Assembly: GCF_006345805.1 (NCBI RefSeq)
Contig: NC_042997.1
Span: 91,450,001 to 91,514,000 of the forward strand
From: Octopus sinensis
Taxonomy: Eukaryota
Reading direction: 5' to 3'
DNA length: 64,000 nucleotides
The notes beneath the pieces are model-generated. The model ran no database searches. It worked only from the letters and a program-made list of their open reading frames with translations, and was not told the origin of the DNA. Shown piece after piece: positions 15,158 to 27,835 of the stretch. Numbering within the stretch: position 1 is the first letter of the stretch; each line of letters starts with the position of its first letter. A program made the translations under genes and the position numbers.

Positions 15158-15884
15158 CATTTATCTCTTATTATAAAAGGCAGATTTTATCTGCCTCCCT
15201 TTGGGAGTTATACAAATCTACAATATAGGATTTCTTCAATTACAATTTACCTTGCATTTTTAAGAGTACAATGCATCGCGTCATGCCAGGTCCAGTTTTT
15301 AAAATTTAAACTCCAATTAAGCAAAATTTACAGAAAACTCACATTTGGTGTGTGTGTCAAATGCTTTTCTTAGTCTGGTTTACACCACACGCAAACGCAC
15401 ACACACAGTGGGCAACGAAAATGAAAAGTAAATAGCGACAGTGATTTGAGGAAGACTAAAGTGAAATATTCTGTCTATGACACTGATAGATACATGAGTA
15501 AAATGTATGGGAAGCTAAGAGTGAGTGAAAATGTTCTTGGAAGAGAGTAATTAGTAATAAAGTAAACATACACTCATACATACATACATACATACATACA
15601 TACATACATACATACATACATACATACATACATACACACACACATACACACACACACACATAACACACACAAATACAAACACATATACACCACACACATA
15701 CATACAACACAACATACATACATACATATACATACATACTACATATACATACATACATACACACACACACATACACACCACACAGTATTGAAGCTTGAGA
15801 ACAATCAGATACATTTGCAAACATCTGTTGAAAATATTATTGTTCACACACATACATATACATATATACATACAGACAGACACA

Positions 15885-16335
15885 GATAGACACACACACA
15901 CACCACACACACACACACATGATCAGCATGGCCACAACCTCAAGGCTGAAACATATAAAAGAATAACAGAATATAAATGGTGCAAAGTACAAGAAATATT
16001 AATGCAGTATATGGGATTGGACAATAAGCGTAAGGCAAAGTGTCAATGGTGGTTCCAGAAATCCCGAGCCATAAACTACAGCCTAGAAGACGAGCCTCAT
16101 CCTGAAAGATCTGTAGAATCGACAAGGAATCCTGAAAACCCTGGTGGAACAAAAATATCATCGTAACTGTTGAGGAACTAGCAGAGAGCTTGGATTTGGT
16201 CATTCAACCATTCATTGACACCGTGTGCTATCGGAAAAGTCAGCAAATTGGGTCAATGGGTTCCTCACGAACTTTCCGAGTCTAATTGCATGCAGAGAGT
16301 GAATGTATGCTTTTCTTTGCGTCATATCTCACCAC
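15885..16335 (+). mobile_element. Mariner 5' fragment truncated next to a Helitron
   Basis: WWFQKSRA.NYSLEDEP...RS and IGKVSKLGQWVPHELSE remnants. Confidence 0.7.
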
Positions 16336-16351
16336 TACTGCGCTATGTATA

Positions 16352-16988
16352 TCTATATATATAAAACTGTAGTTGTGTGAGTGTCTGTCCCCTTCGATTT
16401 AGATTCCTAACTACTCCCACATTTTGCGGTACAGTTTAACCAAATTCGGGTAGCTTATAGTCGTGATTCATATCGAGCCCGTCTGAATATTAGCGCGCGT
16501 ATACGATGAGTCTACGATTTTAAAAATAATTTAACATCATTTTTTTATCCATTAATGCATAATTTTTCGTGTGCTGATGGCGGCGGAGTTGGCGTCCACG
16601 CTCACACCTGCACCTGTGGGGAAGGGGGAGTGTAAGGAAATCAACGTCGTAATGCGTTGTCAAGGAGACCAGTTTCTTTTAGAACAACGACTTCATGGCT
16701 TGAAGACACCAAAACAAGAGAAATGGTAAGAAAGCCCGTCTACATGAGTCTACGATTTAAAAAAAATTTACCATCGTTTTTTTTCCATTTTAATGCATTT
16801 TTTCGCTATTATATAAGGGAAGTAACTCTCTAAAATGTCTACGATGAGTCAACGATTTTAAAAAAAAATTACCATCATATTTTTTCATTTTAATGCATTT
16901 TTTGCTATTTTTGGCTATATAACTCTCTAAAAATGCTTATATAGTTATTTCCCTTACAAACCCGAGCAACGCCGGGCGATACTGCTAG
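16352..16988 (+). mobile_element. Non-autonomous Helitron, same family as 14185..14490, longer variant
   Basis: A|TCTATATATATAAAACTG ... CCCGAGCAACGCCGGGCGATACTGCTAG|T; three internal copies of CGATGAGTCTACGATTTTAAAA. Confidence 0.85.
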
Positions 16989-17301
16989 TATATATATATA
17001 TATATAAATACATTTATATATATGTAATAATATATATATAATATATATAAATACATATATATATATGTATATATATATATTATAAATACATATATATATA
17101 TAAATACATATATATATATATAAATATTATATATATATATATATATATATATTCAAATGGCGGTGCCCCAGCATAGCCACAGCTCATGAACTGAAACTAG
17201 AATCAATCAAATAATATACACATATATATATATATACATACATATATATATATACACATACATATATATATATACATACATATATACACATACATATATG
17301 T

Positions 17302-17370
<69 letters not shown>

Positions 17371-17691
17371 CATCACTGTGACCGACCAGGCTATCAGATG
17401 TTGCTACACATCGCTGGCCACCATGCGCTTCACATTGTTTTAGCCGTCAAATGATGCCACCCCGCTGGCTAAGCGAGCAGGCCAGCAGAAGAAAGAGTGA
17501 GAGAAAGTTGTGGTGAAAGAGTACAGCAGGGTTCACCACCAACCCCTGCCAGAGCCTCGTGGAGCTTTAGGTGTTTTCGCTCAATAAACACTCACAACGC
17601 CTGGTCTGGGAATCGAAACCACGATCCTACGACCACGAGACCGCTGCCCTAACCACTGTGCCATTGCGCCTCCACATATACATATATATAC

Positions 17692-17739
<48 letters not shown>

Positions 17740-17827
17740 CATATATATATGTATATATATATATATATATGTATACATATATACATATATATACATACAT
17801 ACATATATATATATATATATTATATAT

Positions 17828-17870
<43 letters not shown>

Positions 17871-17905
17871 TATACATATATACATACATATATATATATA
17901 CATAC
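16989..17905. repeat. Compound (TA)n/(TACA)n microsatellite field (others at 12350-12465, 12687-12735, 14490-14603, 35445-35875)
   Basis: Direct inspection; source of the YIYIYI pseudo-ORFs. Confidence 0.95.
17372..17673 (-). mobile_element. Young tRNA-derived SINE (older relatives ~11325-11590, 43915-44010, 55340-55680)
   Basis: Minus strand GGAGGCGCAATGGCACAGTGGTTAGGGCAGCGG ... GGTTTCGATTCCC (A and B boxes); CpGs retained; sits in (TA)n. Confidence 0.75.
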
Positions 17906-17909
17906 ATAT

Positions 17910-19518
17910 ATTTTCAAACAAGATGATGGTCGTGAACCCCCTCCATTTGATAGATCAGTACCTCCAATGCTTCGATTGGTCATCACGTGGGATGAAGTCA
18001 AACGCATTATTCAAGGCCTCGATGTCAACAAGGGTCACGGCCCTGACGGCATACACCCACGGGTTATGAAAGCGTTGGCTTCGGTCATCTGCGAGCCCTT
18101 AACACGTCTATTCAATATGTCATTGGCAACGGGTGTTATACCTGTGGACTGGAGAACAGTGATAATCTGCCCAATTTTCAAGAAAGGGAGCTGCGAAGAC
18201 CCGCTTAACTACCGACCGGTTTCCCTTACAACAATAATCAGCAAGATGTTCGAAACCATCCTTAAGAAAAGTATGATGCTCCACCTCCAAAACACAGCCT
18301 CTATCTCTGATTCCCAACACGGCTTCGTGCCGAAGAGATCATGCTTGACCAACTTACTGGTAACGGAAGAATTGGTGACGCGCATCCTCGATGATAGTGA
18401 TGCTGTTGACATCGTTTCATTCGACTTTGCCAAAGCTTTTGACTCGGTAAACCACCGCCTATTACTTGTCAAGCTTCAAGCATATAGTTTCCATCCGAAT
18501 ATTGTACGATGGGTTGGTGCCTTCCTCTCAGATCGCTCCTTCCAAGTCCAAGTTAATGGTTCACGGTCCGACGTTTCCAGTGCGAGCAGTGGCATGCTTC
18601 AAAGTTCAGTGCTTGGGCCCTTATTGTTCTTAGTCTTCATAAATGACTTGCCCAACGACCTCACACAACACACCCTTCTATTTGCTGACGATGTCAAACT
18701 AGTCGCTCCTCGCGGTGATATAGAGGATCTTCGTCGATGCCTCCACCAAATTTGGAGATGGTCTAACAAATGGGACCTGTGTCTGAACGTGTCAAAGTGC
18801 TGTCATCTGCCTGTTGGCTCTCCTCCTGCAACTCAACTTGATTTTGAGCCGGGTCGTCTGCTGCTGGAGAGGACTGATCAGGTAAAGGACCTGGGTATCT
18901 TGGTGGATTCTTCCTTTTCGCCTTCGGCCCAGTGCGTCCATGCTGCCAACAAAGCACGCGGAATTCTGTTCTTGATTCGACGGTTATTCGGAATGCTCAC
19001 AGCAGCCATATTCCTACTGCTCTATGTCACGCTGGTGAGACCCATATTGGAGTACGGGATTCAAGCCTCTTCTCCTTATCTCCTCAAAGACATACAGCAT
19101 CTTGAAAGAGTCCAGAATCTGGCTACCCACATAGTTCTTGGTCTCAAGAATTTGTCTTATGAAGAAAGGCTGAAGATCCTCGACCTTTATTCTCTAGAAA
19201 AACGACGATGCCGTGGAGATCTCATTCTTGCTCACAACATCATAAGCAGAAAGAGCTGTTCTTCACTCCTGCTCCAGAGCGTCGACTGCAACAATTTCAT
19301 CTCAATCGAAGGAGAGGGGCTTTCTCTGTCTGGGTTGCGGATCCGTGGAATAAGCTGCCAGACGAGATGGTGAAGATGCTGATGACCGCTCGGTTCAAAG
19401 TCTCCCTTAACCTCAAGTGGCCTGAACTCTTTACATGAACACCACCCTGTACATAACTCCATGTCCCCCTACATGGCCTTGCTTTTTGCTTTTTGAGCCA
19501 AAAAATTAACTAACTAAC
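17910..19518 (+). mobile_element. 5'-truncated CR1/L2-group LINE with near-intact RT ORF (17967..19373)
   Basis: [74 protein letters not shown]; frameshifted C-terminus; 3' tail (TAAC)3; inserted in a TA microsatellite. Confidence 0.92.
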
Positions 19519-19599
19519 ATATATATACGTACATATATATACATACATATATATATATATATACACATACATAGGTTGACTCTAAGGCCTTTCAATTCT

Positions 19600-20133
19600 A
19601 ATCCTTGTTCAGCTAGGTTCCTCACAGGCAAAGAACACAGGTACAAGATTTTCTGGGCAGGGAACACTGACGGGGTCAGGGGCGTGGGTATACTTCTTGT
19701 GGAGAAATGGGTAGATAAGGTAATTGAGATAGAGTATGCGACAGAATACTTAAGATTAGATTAGTGCTTCATCATGGGTTAGCAACCATTATCTCGGCCT
19801 ATGCCCCTCAGCCAGGACTACCACATGGATAGAAAGACCGATTCTATGACACCCTCTTGCAGACTACCACATTGATGAATGACAGGAACCTTCTCTTTGT
19901 GGCTGGTGACTTCAATGGACATGTTGGACAACATACAGGGGCTTCCATGGCGTACATGGAGGCTACGGTTTTGGTTGCCACAATGTGGAGGGAACCAAGC
20001 TTCTGGAGTTCTGCGATGCAAATGATCTTATGGTTTGTAATACTAACTTTAGAAAACCTGCCAGTCACCTACTGTTCTTGCAGACACACTAGCCAAATTG
20101 ACTACTTCCTCACCAGAAAAAGAGAAAGATGGC
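19600..20133 (+). mobile_element. RTE LINE AP-endonuclease fragment (frameshifted)
   Basis: GVRGVGILL, SAYAPQPG, VAGDFNGHVG and SQIDYFL across shifting frames. Confidence 0.85.
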
Positions 20134-20610
20134 TAACCCTAAAACAGATTGAAATGCAATAGATCGATACTAGGGTTATAATTATGGGTGACATTTTCAT
20201 TTGATACCGCTAGAAAAAATCCCATTTTCTGTAGCGGTGTCGTATGAAATTGTCACCCATAATTATAACCCTAGTATCGATCTATTGCATTTCAATCTGT
20301 TTTAGAGTCAGGGTTAGGGGTGGGGGAAGGGTATCTTTTTTCTTTGCAAATGTAAATAAACCCAATCTGTTTCTGAGGGACATATTCATACAGCACAGAA
20401 TGTTGTTTACGTCAATGGAGGTCAGCGATTGGTTAAGATTGCCAAAATGCTCGATTTTAAAGTGGAAATATCTTACAAACTATAGAATTTTCTGAATAAA
20501 GCCAAGAAAAAATGATGTTTTATAAACACATTCTACCAGTATACGAAGTTTAAAAGTGTTTAGTTAACTAGAAATTGTGTTGAAAACTGCCGTTCAAAAA
20601 GAAAAGATCC
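20134..20610. mobile_element. Palindromic (foldback) MITE, left arm truncated; terminal fragment repeated at ~21177-21241
   Basis: ~85-bp inverted arms at 20134-20310; end GCCGTTCAAAAAGAAAAGATCC recurs near 21220-21241. Confidence 0.6.
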
Positions 20611-21731
20611 GCAAAGCATAATGTATTTGCACTACCACAGCTACAATGACTGAGAGATACAGAGAATATACTTTGCCCAATCACAAAAGGGATAAATGCA
20701 CTGTTTTGGACAAGTGATATGAATAGGAGACCTCTGTTGAATAAAGAAAACTATAGAATATGTATGAGTTGGGAATAATTTGTGTGGGTCTTTGTAAATT
20801 AGGGAGCTGACTTAAGATTACTCAAAAGAAATATGCATTGAGAAATATACCATTGTAGATCTATCCAAACCATGACACTATGAGAAAATTTGATATTAAA
20901 TTCATGATGATGATGATGAAAACAAATTATTATTTCTTATCCTTTTTACATAAACTATTACATGCTGTTCTCACAAAGAATAATTATTATAGTTATGGGT
21001 ATGTGATAAGAAGTTTGGTTTCCAACCACATGCTTTTAAATTCAGTTCCAGGCTTTATTAGATTGGTTAAATGGGAGCTGAAAGACGCCCAGTGTTTATG
21101 TGTATATCATCATCATCATTGTTTAACATCCATTTTCCGTGCTTGCACGGGTTGGACGGTTTGACCAGGGTCTGGGAAGTTTAAAAGTGTTTAGTTAACT
21201 CGAAATTGTGCTGACATATGCCGTTCAAAAGGAAAATATCCTGCTTTGCTAATGAGGTTTAATAAGATTGAAACATGTCAGGAGCTGTTATCTTACACAC
21301 AAAGATCAAATTCCTCAACATGCACGCCCATATTATACATAATGTTTATGGTGTATGTGGATGTGTGAGAGAGTGTGTCATTGCATTTTCAGTGCAAGGT
21401 ATCCACCATATTAAAGAAAGTGACTCAGAATAAGAGATTTGGTAGTTATGGTGGTGATAGCTGCAGCCAAATTGATGATGATAAATGTTAAACTGATAGA
21501 GAGAGAGAGAAAGATTGAGAGAGGGTGAGAGAGAGAAAGATAGATAGAGAAAAAATGAGAGACGTTAACGCTTATCTCTGTGATTGTTGTTGTGCAGATT
21601 ACTGCTAGCTGCAGTAATGTTGTCTCCATCAAACCCATATTATATCTTTTTATAATATTTCTTTTTGTCATTTGTAGAGATATTACATTGTTGTTAAGTA
21701 AAATTTAAAAAAAAAATATCTTACTTAACTA

Positions 21732-22288
21732 TTGGGCTGTCCAGAAAGATTTTTAAAGTACAGAAGAAGGTCAATAGATACTTGCCATTACATTTTTACT
21801 CAACCAAATATGAACCATTTTGTTGCACGATGCATCTCCATCTTTCCTTTAACTTGAAAATACCCTTTTCCCAAAATTGAGGTGGTTTCATGGCAAAGAA
21901 TTTCTCAAAGTATCTTTTTACGTCATCCAAGGAATTGAAATTTTTACCATTAAGACTATTCTGCAGAGATCTGAATAAGTGGAAATCTGAAGGAGCAATA
22001 TCTGGTGAATATGGAGGGTTAGGTAACACATCCCACCCAAGCTTCAGCAATTTTTGTCTGGTTCCCAAAGCATCAAGTGCCAAAAATGAACTTTCTTATC
22101 TTCCATTTTAAAGGGTTACAGAATTAACACAGGTTATAGAAACATAAATCTTCTTCCACGGAAAGATATCTTAAACTGTGCTCTAAATGGAGGTGTGGTC
22201 AAATCCTATTTTATGGACTCAATTATGTTCTAAAATAAGTCAAAAGGTAAGCTACTATAAATCGGCACAAACTTTCTGGACAATCCAA
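21732..22288 (-). mobile_element. Internally deleted mariner element
   Basis: TA-flanked TIRs TTGGGCTGTCCAGAAAG / CTTTCTGGACAATCCAA; retains transposase C-terminus PPYSPDIAPSDFHLFRSLQN. Confidence 0.88.
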
Positions 22289-22953
22289 TATCTGTAGTAT
22301 ATCAATGATTTCAAGGTTGATACTACAGATATTCTTTGCTTTGAGTGCTCCTTTTTTGCCTTTACTATTCATTAGTGATTTTATAGTGATGAATTCCTTG
22401 TGGAATTTCCATCAGTTTAACTCATCTTTATTACAAATAAACCTCAAATTTCATGTCTGTTTCTGTCTTTCTCTATCTGATATATATTATATATTACTGC
22501 AAACATGAAAGCTTCACATCACTAAAACATCTCAAACCAATAGATTTTTCCAATGGTTAAACATGACAAGGTGGCAAGCTGGCAGTATCGTTAGCACATC
22601 AGGTAAAATGTTTAGTGGTATTTCATCTATCCTAATGTTCTGAGTTCAAATTCCACTGAGGTTGATTTTGCCTTTCATCCTTTTGAGGTCAATAAAATAA
22701 GTACCAGTTGAGCACTGGAGTCATAACTGGCTTAACTACTCCTGAGTAAGAGTATAAAAACTGCATCCCTCTTCTAAGATGTGTATATATAACATAAAAG
22801 CATAAAATTCACGTATAATTCATATTTTAATTATATTCAAGATGCTTCAATACGATAAACACCATGGAATCTATAATTACATGATTGTGATAATTGATTT
22901 AAACCAAATTAGTTTAAAAACAGTGTCTACACAAATTATCAGGAACATTTATT

Positions 22954-23167
22954 CTTTTCTACTCTAGGCACAAGGCCTCAAATTTTTGGGGAGTGGGCCA
23001 ATCGATTAGATTGACTCCAGTGTGCAACTGGTACTTAATTTATCAACCTCGAAAGGATGAAAGGCAAAGTCAACCTTGGCAGAATTTGAACTCAGAACAT
23101 AAAGACAGACAAAATACCACTAAGCATTTTGCTCGGTGTGCTAACATTTCTGCCAGCTTGCCACCTT
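22954..23167 (-). mobile_element. Nin/Deu-domain-like SINE with 13-bp TSD (other copies ~22567-22740, 37388-37570, 42579-42790, 53367-53580, 62290-62500)
   Basis: TSD AGGAACATTTATT at 22941-22953 and 23168-23180; B-box-like GAGTTCAAATTC and core GCCTTTCATCCTTTCGAGGTTGATAAATTAAGTACC. Confidence 0.85.
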
Positions 23168-23282
23168 AGGAACATTTATTAATCAGAAAATTGTTACTGG
23201 TTTAAATGCTCTGTGACAAAGAGAAAAACCACCAAGAAGAGGAAAAGGAAAAAAAAAAAAATGCAAGTCTCAATGTATTTAA

Positions 23283-23503
23283 CCCTTTAGTGTTCGCATT
23301 ATTCTGCCAAGACTAATCCTTTTTTATCCACATTGCCTTGAACTAATCATGCATTGTCTTGTAGCTATGGGATTTTGATGAGGTAGCTGTTAATTTTTAA
23401 AACGACATTGTAGGGTTGGTGTGAGAGACCAGATCTAGCCAGTTTGAACATAAAACAGGCAGAATACTTTTGGCCAGATATGGACGGTTTAAATGCTAAA
23501 GGG
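23283..23503. mobile_element. piggyBac-type MITE
   Basis: TTAA|CCCTTTAG ... CTAAAGGG|TTAA. Confidence 0.8.
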
Positions 23504-24099
23504 TTAAACCAATAACATTTTTCTGATTAACATAACCTTCTTGATGATTTGGCTAAACACTGTCTTTAAATTAATTTGACTTAATTTAAACTGATTAAAT
23601 ATCACAATCATGTAATTATACATTTGGCGGTGTCTATCTTAATGAAACAGCTGCTGAATACAATCAAAATATGAATTATGTGTGAAATTTATGGTTTTCT
23701 GCTAAAATATGTTCCTCCTACATATCATTTTAGTTTTATATGTATATGCATGCAAGTTGGTTCCACTTGGATTTACTATAATGTAAAAACTTGTTAGAGT
23801 TTAATGATCTGCTATTCATTGAACTCTTAATGCAGATTTATTCTTACAGGATTATAATTAAATTTTAAGTATGGACATATATCATAGTGGTTGTTCTAAT
23901 GTCCAACTTTTCATGCTTGTATGGGTCAGATGGAGTTTATTTAGGCAGATTTTTCTATGGTTGGATGCCCTTTCTGTCATCAACCTTCACCTGCTCCTAA
24001 GCAATGTAATATTTCCTTATGGCAAGAAATGTTTCTGCAGAATATTGGAAATGAACAAAATGTATGCATGTATATTAGAGCTGGAAAGAAAGTCATGTT

Positions 24100-25160
24100 G
24101 CATTTATGACAAGATCACTTTTTATATTGCAACTTTTTTTGCAGATTTCTTTATACCATAGTTAAATTTGTATTGATTTTACTCTTTTAAAATGAGTTTA
24201 GATTGGACCCATTTTAGGCAATGCCTGCTCTATGAATTCAAAAGGGGCTCTTCAGCAATAGAAGTGACAAGAATTATTTTTGTTTTGTCTACAGAAATGA
24301 AATTTTAAGTGTTTGGACATGCCAATGATGATTTGGTCAGTTTCACTTGGGAAATTTTTATTCTTGTATATTCTCCTCAATCTGGATGATCAAATTGTCA
24401 ATATCAGGCTTCTGAAAACAGTAACTGAGGAAAATCCAAAGCAAGCTGCACAAGAATTACCAGAACAGTTCAATTCAAGTTGCACTTCAATCATAAAACA
24501 TCTTCATGAACTATGAAAAGTGTCTAAACTTGGTCAATGAGTTCCTTGTTATCTGAATACTTCTCACCTTAATCAAAGAGTTGACTTCTGCTTATCTTTG
24601 AAGGGAAAACTTCTACTAAACCTTTTTCAGTTAGAATCATCACAAGTAGTAAAAAGTGGGTTCCCTACAATCATATCCTACAAAGGTAACAATGCTTAGC
24701 ATCCAATGAAAAAGAAAAACCCATCCCAAAACCAGGACTAAATCTGAAAAAAGGTATGGTCTGTGTTTAGTGGTATACAAAGGGTGTTGTCTAGGATGAA
24801 GTGTTAAACTAAAATGAAACAGTTAATGTGTATTGTCTTCATTTGAAAGTATCACATAAAAATCTCTCTGCATTGGTCAGAAGTAAAGGGCTGTTTGTCA
24901 TACATGATATTCGAAGGCCCAAGTCAATCAGGAAATGATTATGTCACTAAATATAGGAGCTTTGCCTCATATTCCTTACTCTCCTGTCATTACTTTTGCT
25001 GACTATCATCTTCACAGATTATTGCAACATTATTTAGAAAGAAAGTGTGAAAAGATTAAAAATGACATTGAATGTCTCTTTGTTTCAAAACTTGAAGAAT
25101 TTTATACCTAAGGAATCGACAATTTGCCAAGTAAATGTCAATTAAGATCAAAGAAACATT
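24100..25160 (+). mobile_element. Heavily decayed mariner transposase
   Basis: Remnants HFRQCLLYEFKRG, IIKHLHEL.KVSKLGQ.VP, RIITS.KKWV.YN, PKPGL..KK.MVCV, HIPYSP.....DYHL. Confidence 0.75.
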
Positions 25161-25400
25161 AGTTTCTTACTCATCTTGAAATGTGACAGGACTTTCTTTC
25201 CAATGACATACAAAGTGCCTAGTTCACACCATCAAGTGTTTGGCATTAGGAAGGTCATACAGCCATAAAAATCATACAAAAGTAAACACTGGAGCTTAAT
25301 GCAGTCCTTAGACACACTGGATCCTGTCAAACTGTTCCACTCATACTAGCATGAAACATGGATATAAAATGGTGATAATAATGATATATACATACCCCCA

Positions 25401-25437
<37 letters not shown>

Positions 25438-25689
25438 CATACATATATATCATCATCATCATTTAACATCTGCTGTCCATGCTGGCATGGGTTGGATGGT
25501 TTGACCAGAGCTGGTAAGCTGAGGGGCTGCATCAGACTCCCATCTGATTTGGAATGGTTTCTGTGGCTGGATGACCTTCCTAACACCAACCACTCTGACA
25601 GTGTAATGGGTGCTTTTACATATCACTAGCACAGGTGACAGTGGTGTGCTACCAGTATCACACAGCAGTGCTTGGAAGGAAGATGTGCA

Positions 25690-26393
25690 CTGTGTCATCG
25701 TCATATTGACCATGACAGAGAAAGTTGAGCAGAGAATCTGCATCAAATTTTGCCAAAAGCTTGGTGATACCAGCTCAAAGTCCTAAACATATATATGTTA
25801 GTTAGTCAATCATTCTCAACACAAGGAGATCTTGTGCAACTGAAACCTGAGTGTCTTTTTGGTCAACTGAAAGCAGTTTTGTAACAAACTTGGCAGAACC
25901 AAATCTTCAGTGATAATAAACTGAACTGAACTGTAACTAATCTGCACATCCTCTGATAACTCACAGATGGTGATTTGATGATTTCTCCTCACAGCTGCAT
26001 GCAGATTCACGAAGTTTTTCTCAGTTCTGCTGGTTGCGGGTCTCCCAGAATGTTTGTCAATATCAACATTTATTTGGCCATCTTGGAAATGGCTGAACTC
26101 CTCGTACACTTGTGTTGCTCATACACTTCTCTCCAAACACTTTCTGCAACTTTGCATTGGCCTTTGAGCAGGTATTGCCATGACAACTTCCTGTCATGGT
26201 CAATGCAACAATCACACACTACACACCTTCCTTCCAAGCACTGCTATAAACAACAGAAGTGAGCTACAACAGTAAAACTTAGTGTGTATGGACAGCAGAG
26301 TTCAAGGTTAATTTTTGCCAAGTGGCTTGACTCTGCATGCTTTAGCTTTGTTACTATGGCAACAATCCGGATACTTATCGATCAAACCTCGTA
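25690..26393. mobile_element. Rearranged mariner fragments (plus-strand N-terminus next to a minus-strand segment) with one TIR
   Basis: MTEKVEQRICIKFCQKLG (+, 25712) and F.DG...VD.DKHSGRPATS (-, 25816-26109); TIR-like GGATACTTATCGATCAAACCTCG|TA at ~26370-26393. Confidence 0.65.
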
Positions 26394-27835
26394 TATCATA
26401 ATAATTTAAATTTTCCCTTTTCCACACTTGCATGAGTTGAATGAGGTTTATTGAAACAGAATTTTCTATGGCTGTATGCCCTTCCTGTCACTAACACTTA
26501 CCTGTTTCCAGGCAAGGTAACATTTTCCAATGGCCAAGCATGTTTTAGAAGAATATTGGAAATGAATGACATTTATTTACAACATTTAAAACAACACAAT
26601 GTGAAAACAAAGCAACACAAGCATACATATTTATGCTTCAGTTTCTGTCTACCAAATCCATTCACAAGGCTTTGGTTGGCCCAAGACTATAGTAGAAGTT
26701 ATTTACACAAGCTTCCATGCAGAGGAGTTGAACTTGAAGTCATGTGGTTGGGAAGCAAACTTCTTAACCACACAGCCACATTAGTGCCTATGTATATATC
26801 ATCATTTAATGCTGGCATAGGTTGGAGGTTTAACAGGAACAGGCAAGTCAGAAGACTGCACCAAGCTCTACTGTCTGCTTTGGCATAGTTTCCACAGCTG
26901 GATGCCCTTTCTAATGCTAACCACTTTATAGAGTGCACTGAGTGATTTTTACATGGCATCAGAAGCAGTGAAGTAATTTTTATTTATAATATATATATAT
27001 ATTAGATAGCTTGGCTTGTAATTAAAATGTGCTGTTGTTAATTTTTTGCTGAATGTTCAATATTTCATTTAGTCTATCTTTAATCATTCTGGGAAGCGAG
27101 TGATCATATCAGATCATTTAGAATTTGCTGTTCATTTTCATGTTATTGTTTAAGGAGGAATGTAAATTTAGGTGATGATGCTGTTTACCATACCATTTCC
27201 ACTGTTACAAAACTTTCAACTTGATTTGCTGCTTTCCAGCAATAATATATTACCTGTCACCTGTGATGTGTTTTTTCTTTTATTCTATAATCTTTTGGTT
27301 TCATTTTGGTAGATGGAAAATTATAATAGGTAAAATTGTCATTTGTTTATATATATATATACACACACATTATACATATATATACTATATAGCACACACA
27401 CATGTATGTTAGCCATCAGTAACAATTAACAACTCATCTTAATTGCAAACCAAAATACTAGAATGGAAAAAAAAATCTTCACAGGCCGCCAAACGAAATC
27501 ATACCATCTGTTGATTGACGAAAGTGAAAGTAAAGACATGAACTTAGGCTTGCCCTACTTAACTTATGGCACTAATTAATTTTGCATTGAGTCACTGCTT
27601 TCCAATAGTTGAGACCTTATATCGAAAATACATTGAATTATTACTAGTTAGATATAGATAAAACGAACCAGATATTGGTTGCTGTTTAGTGGAACTAAAA
27701 TTTGAGGCAAAAATATATGCATTCACATTTTAACAGGGACCTACGATCCACTCCATAGCCCAAACTAGACTTTTAAGCAAGTTGAGTATATGACAGAAAA
27801 GTGAGTCTTAATCAAAATTCCTCATTAAAACTTAC

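Noticed and set aside
17590-17673. Possible tRNA gene
   Set aside because: A and B boxes are present but there is no full cloverleaf, and it continues into a SINE body.
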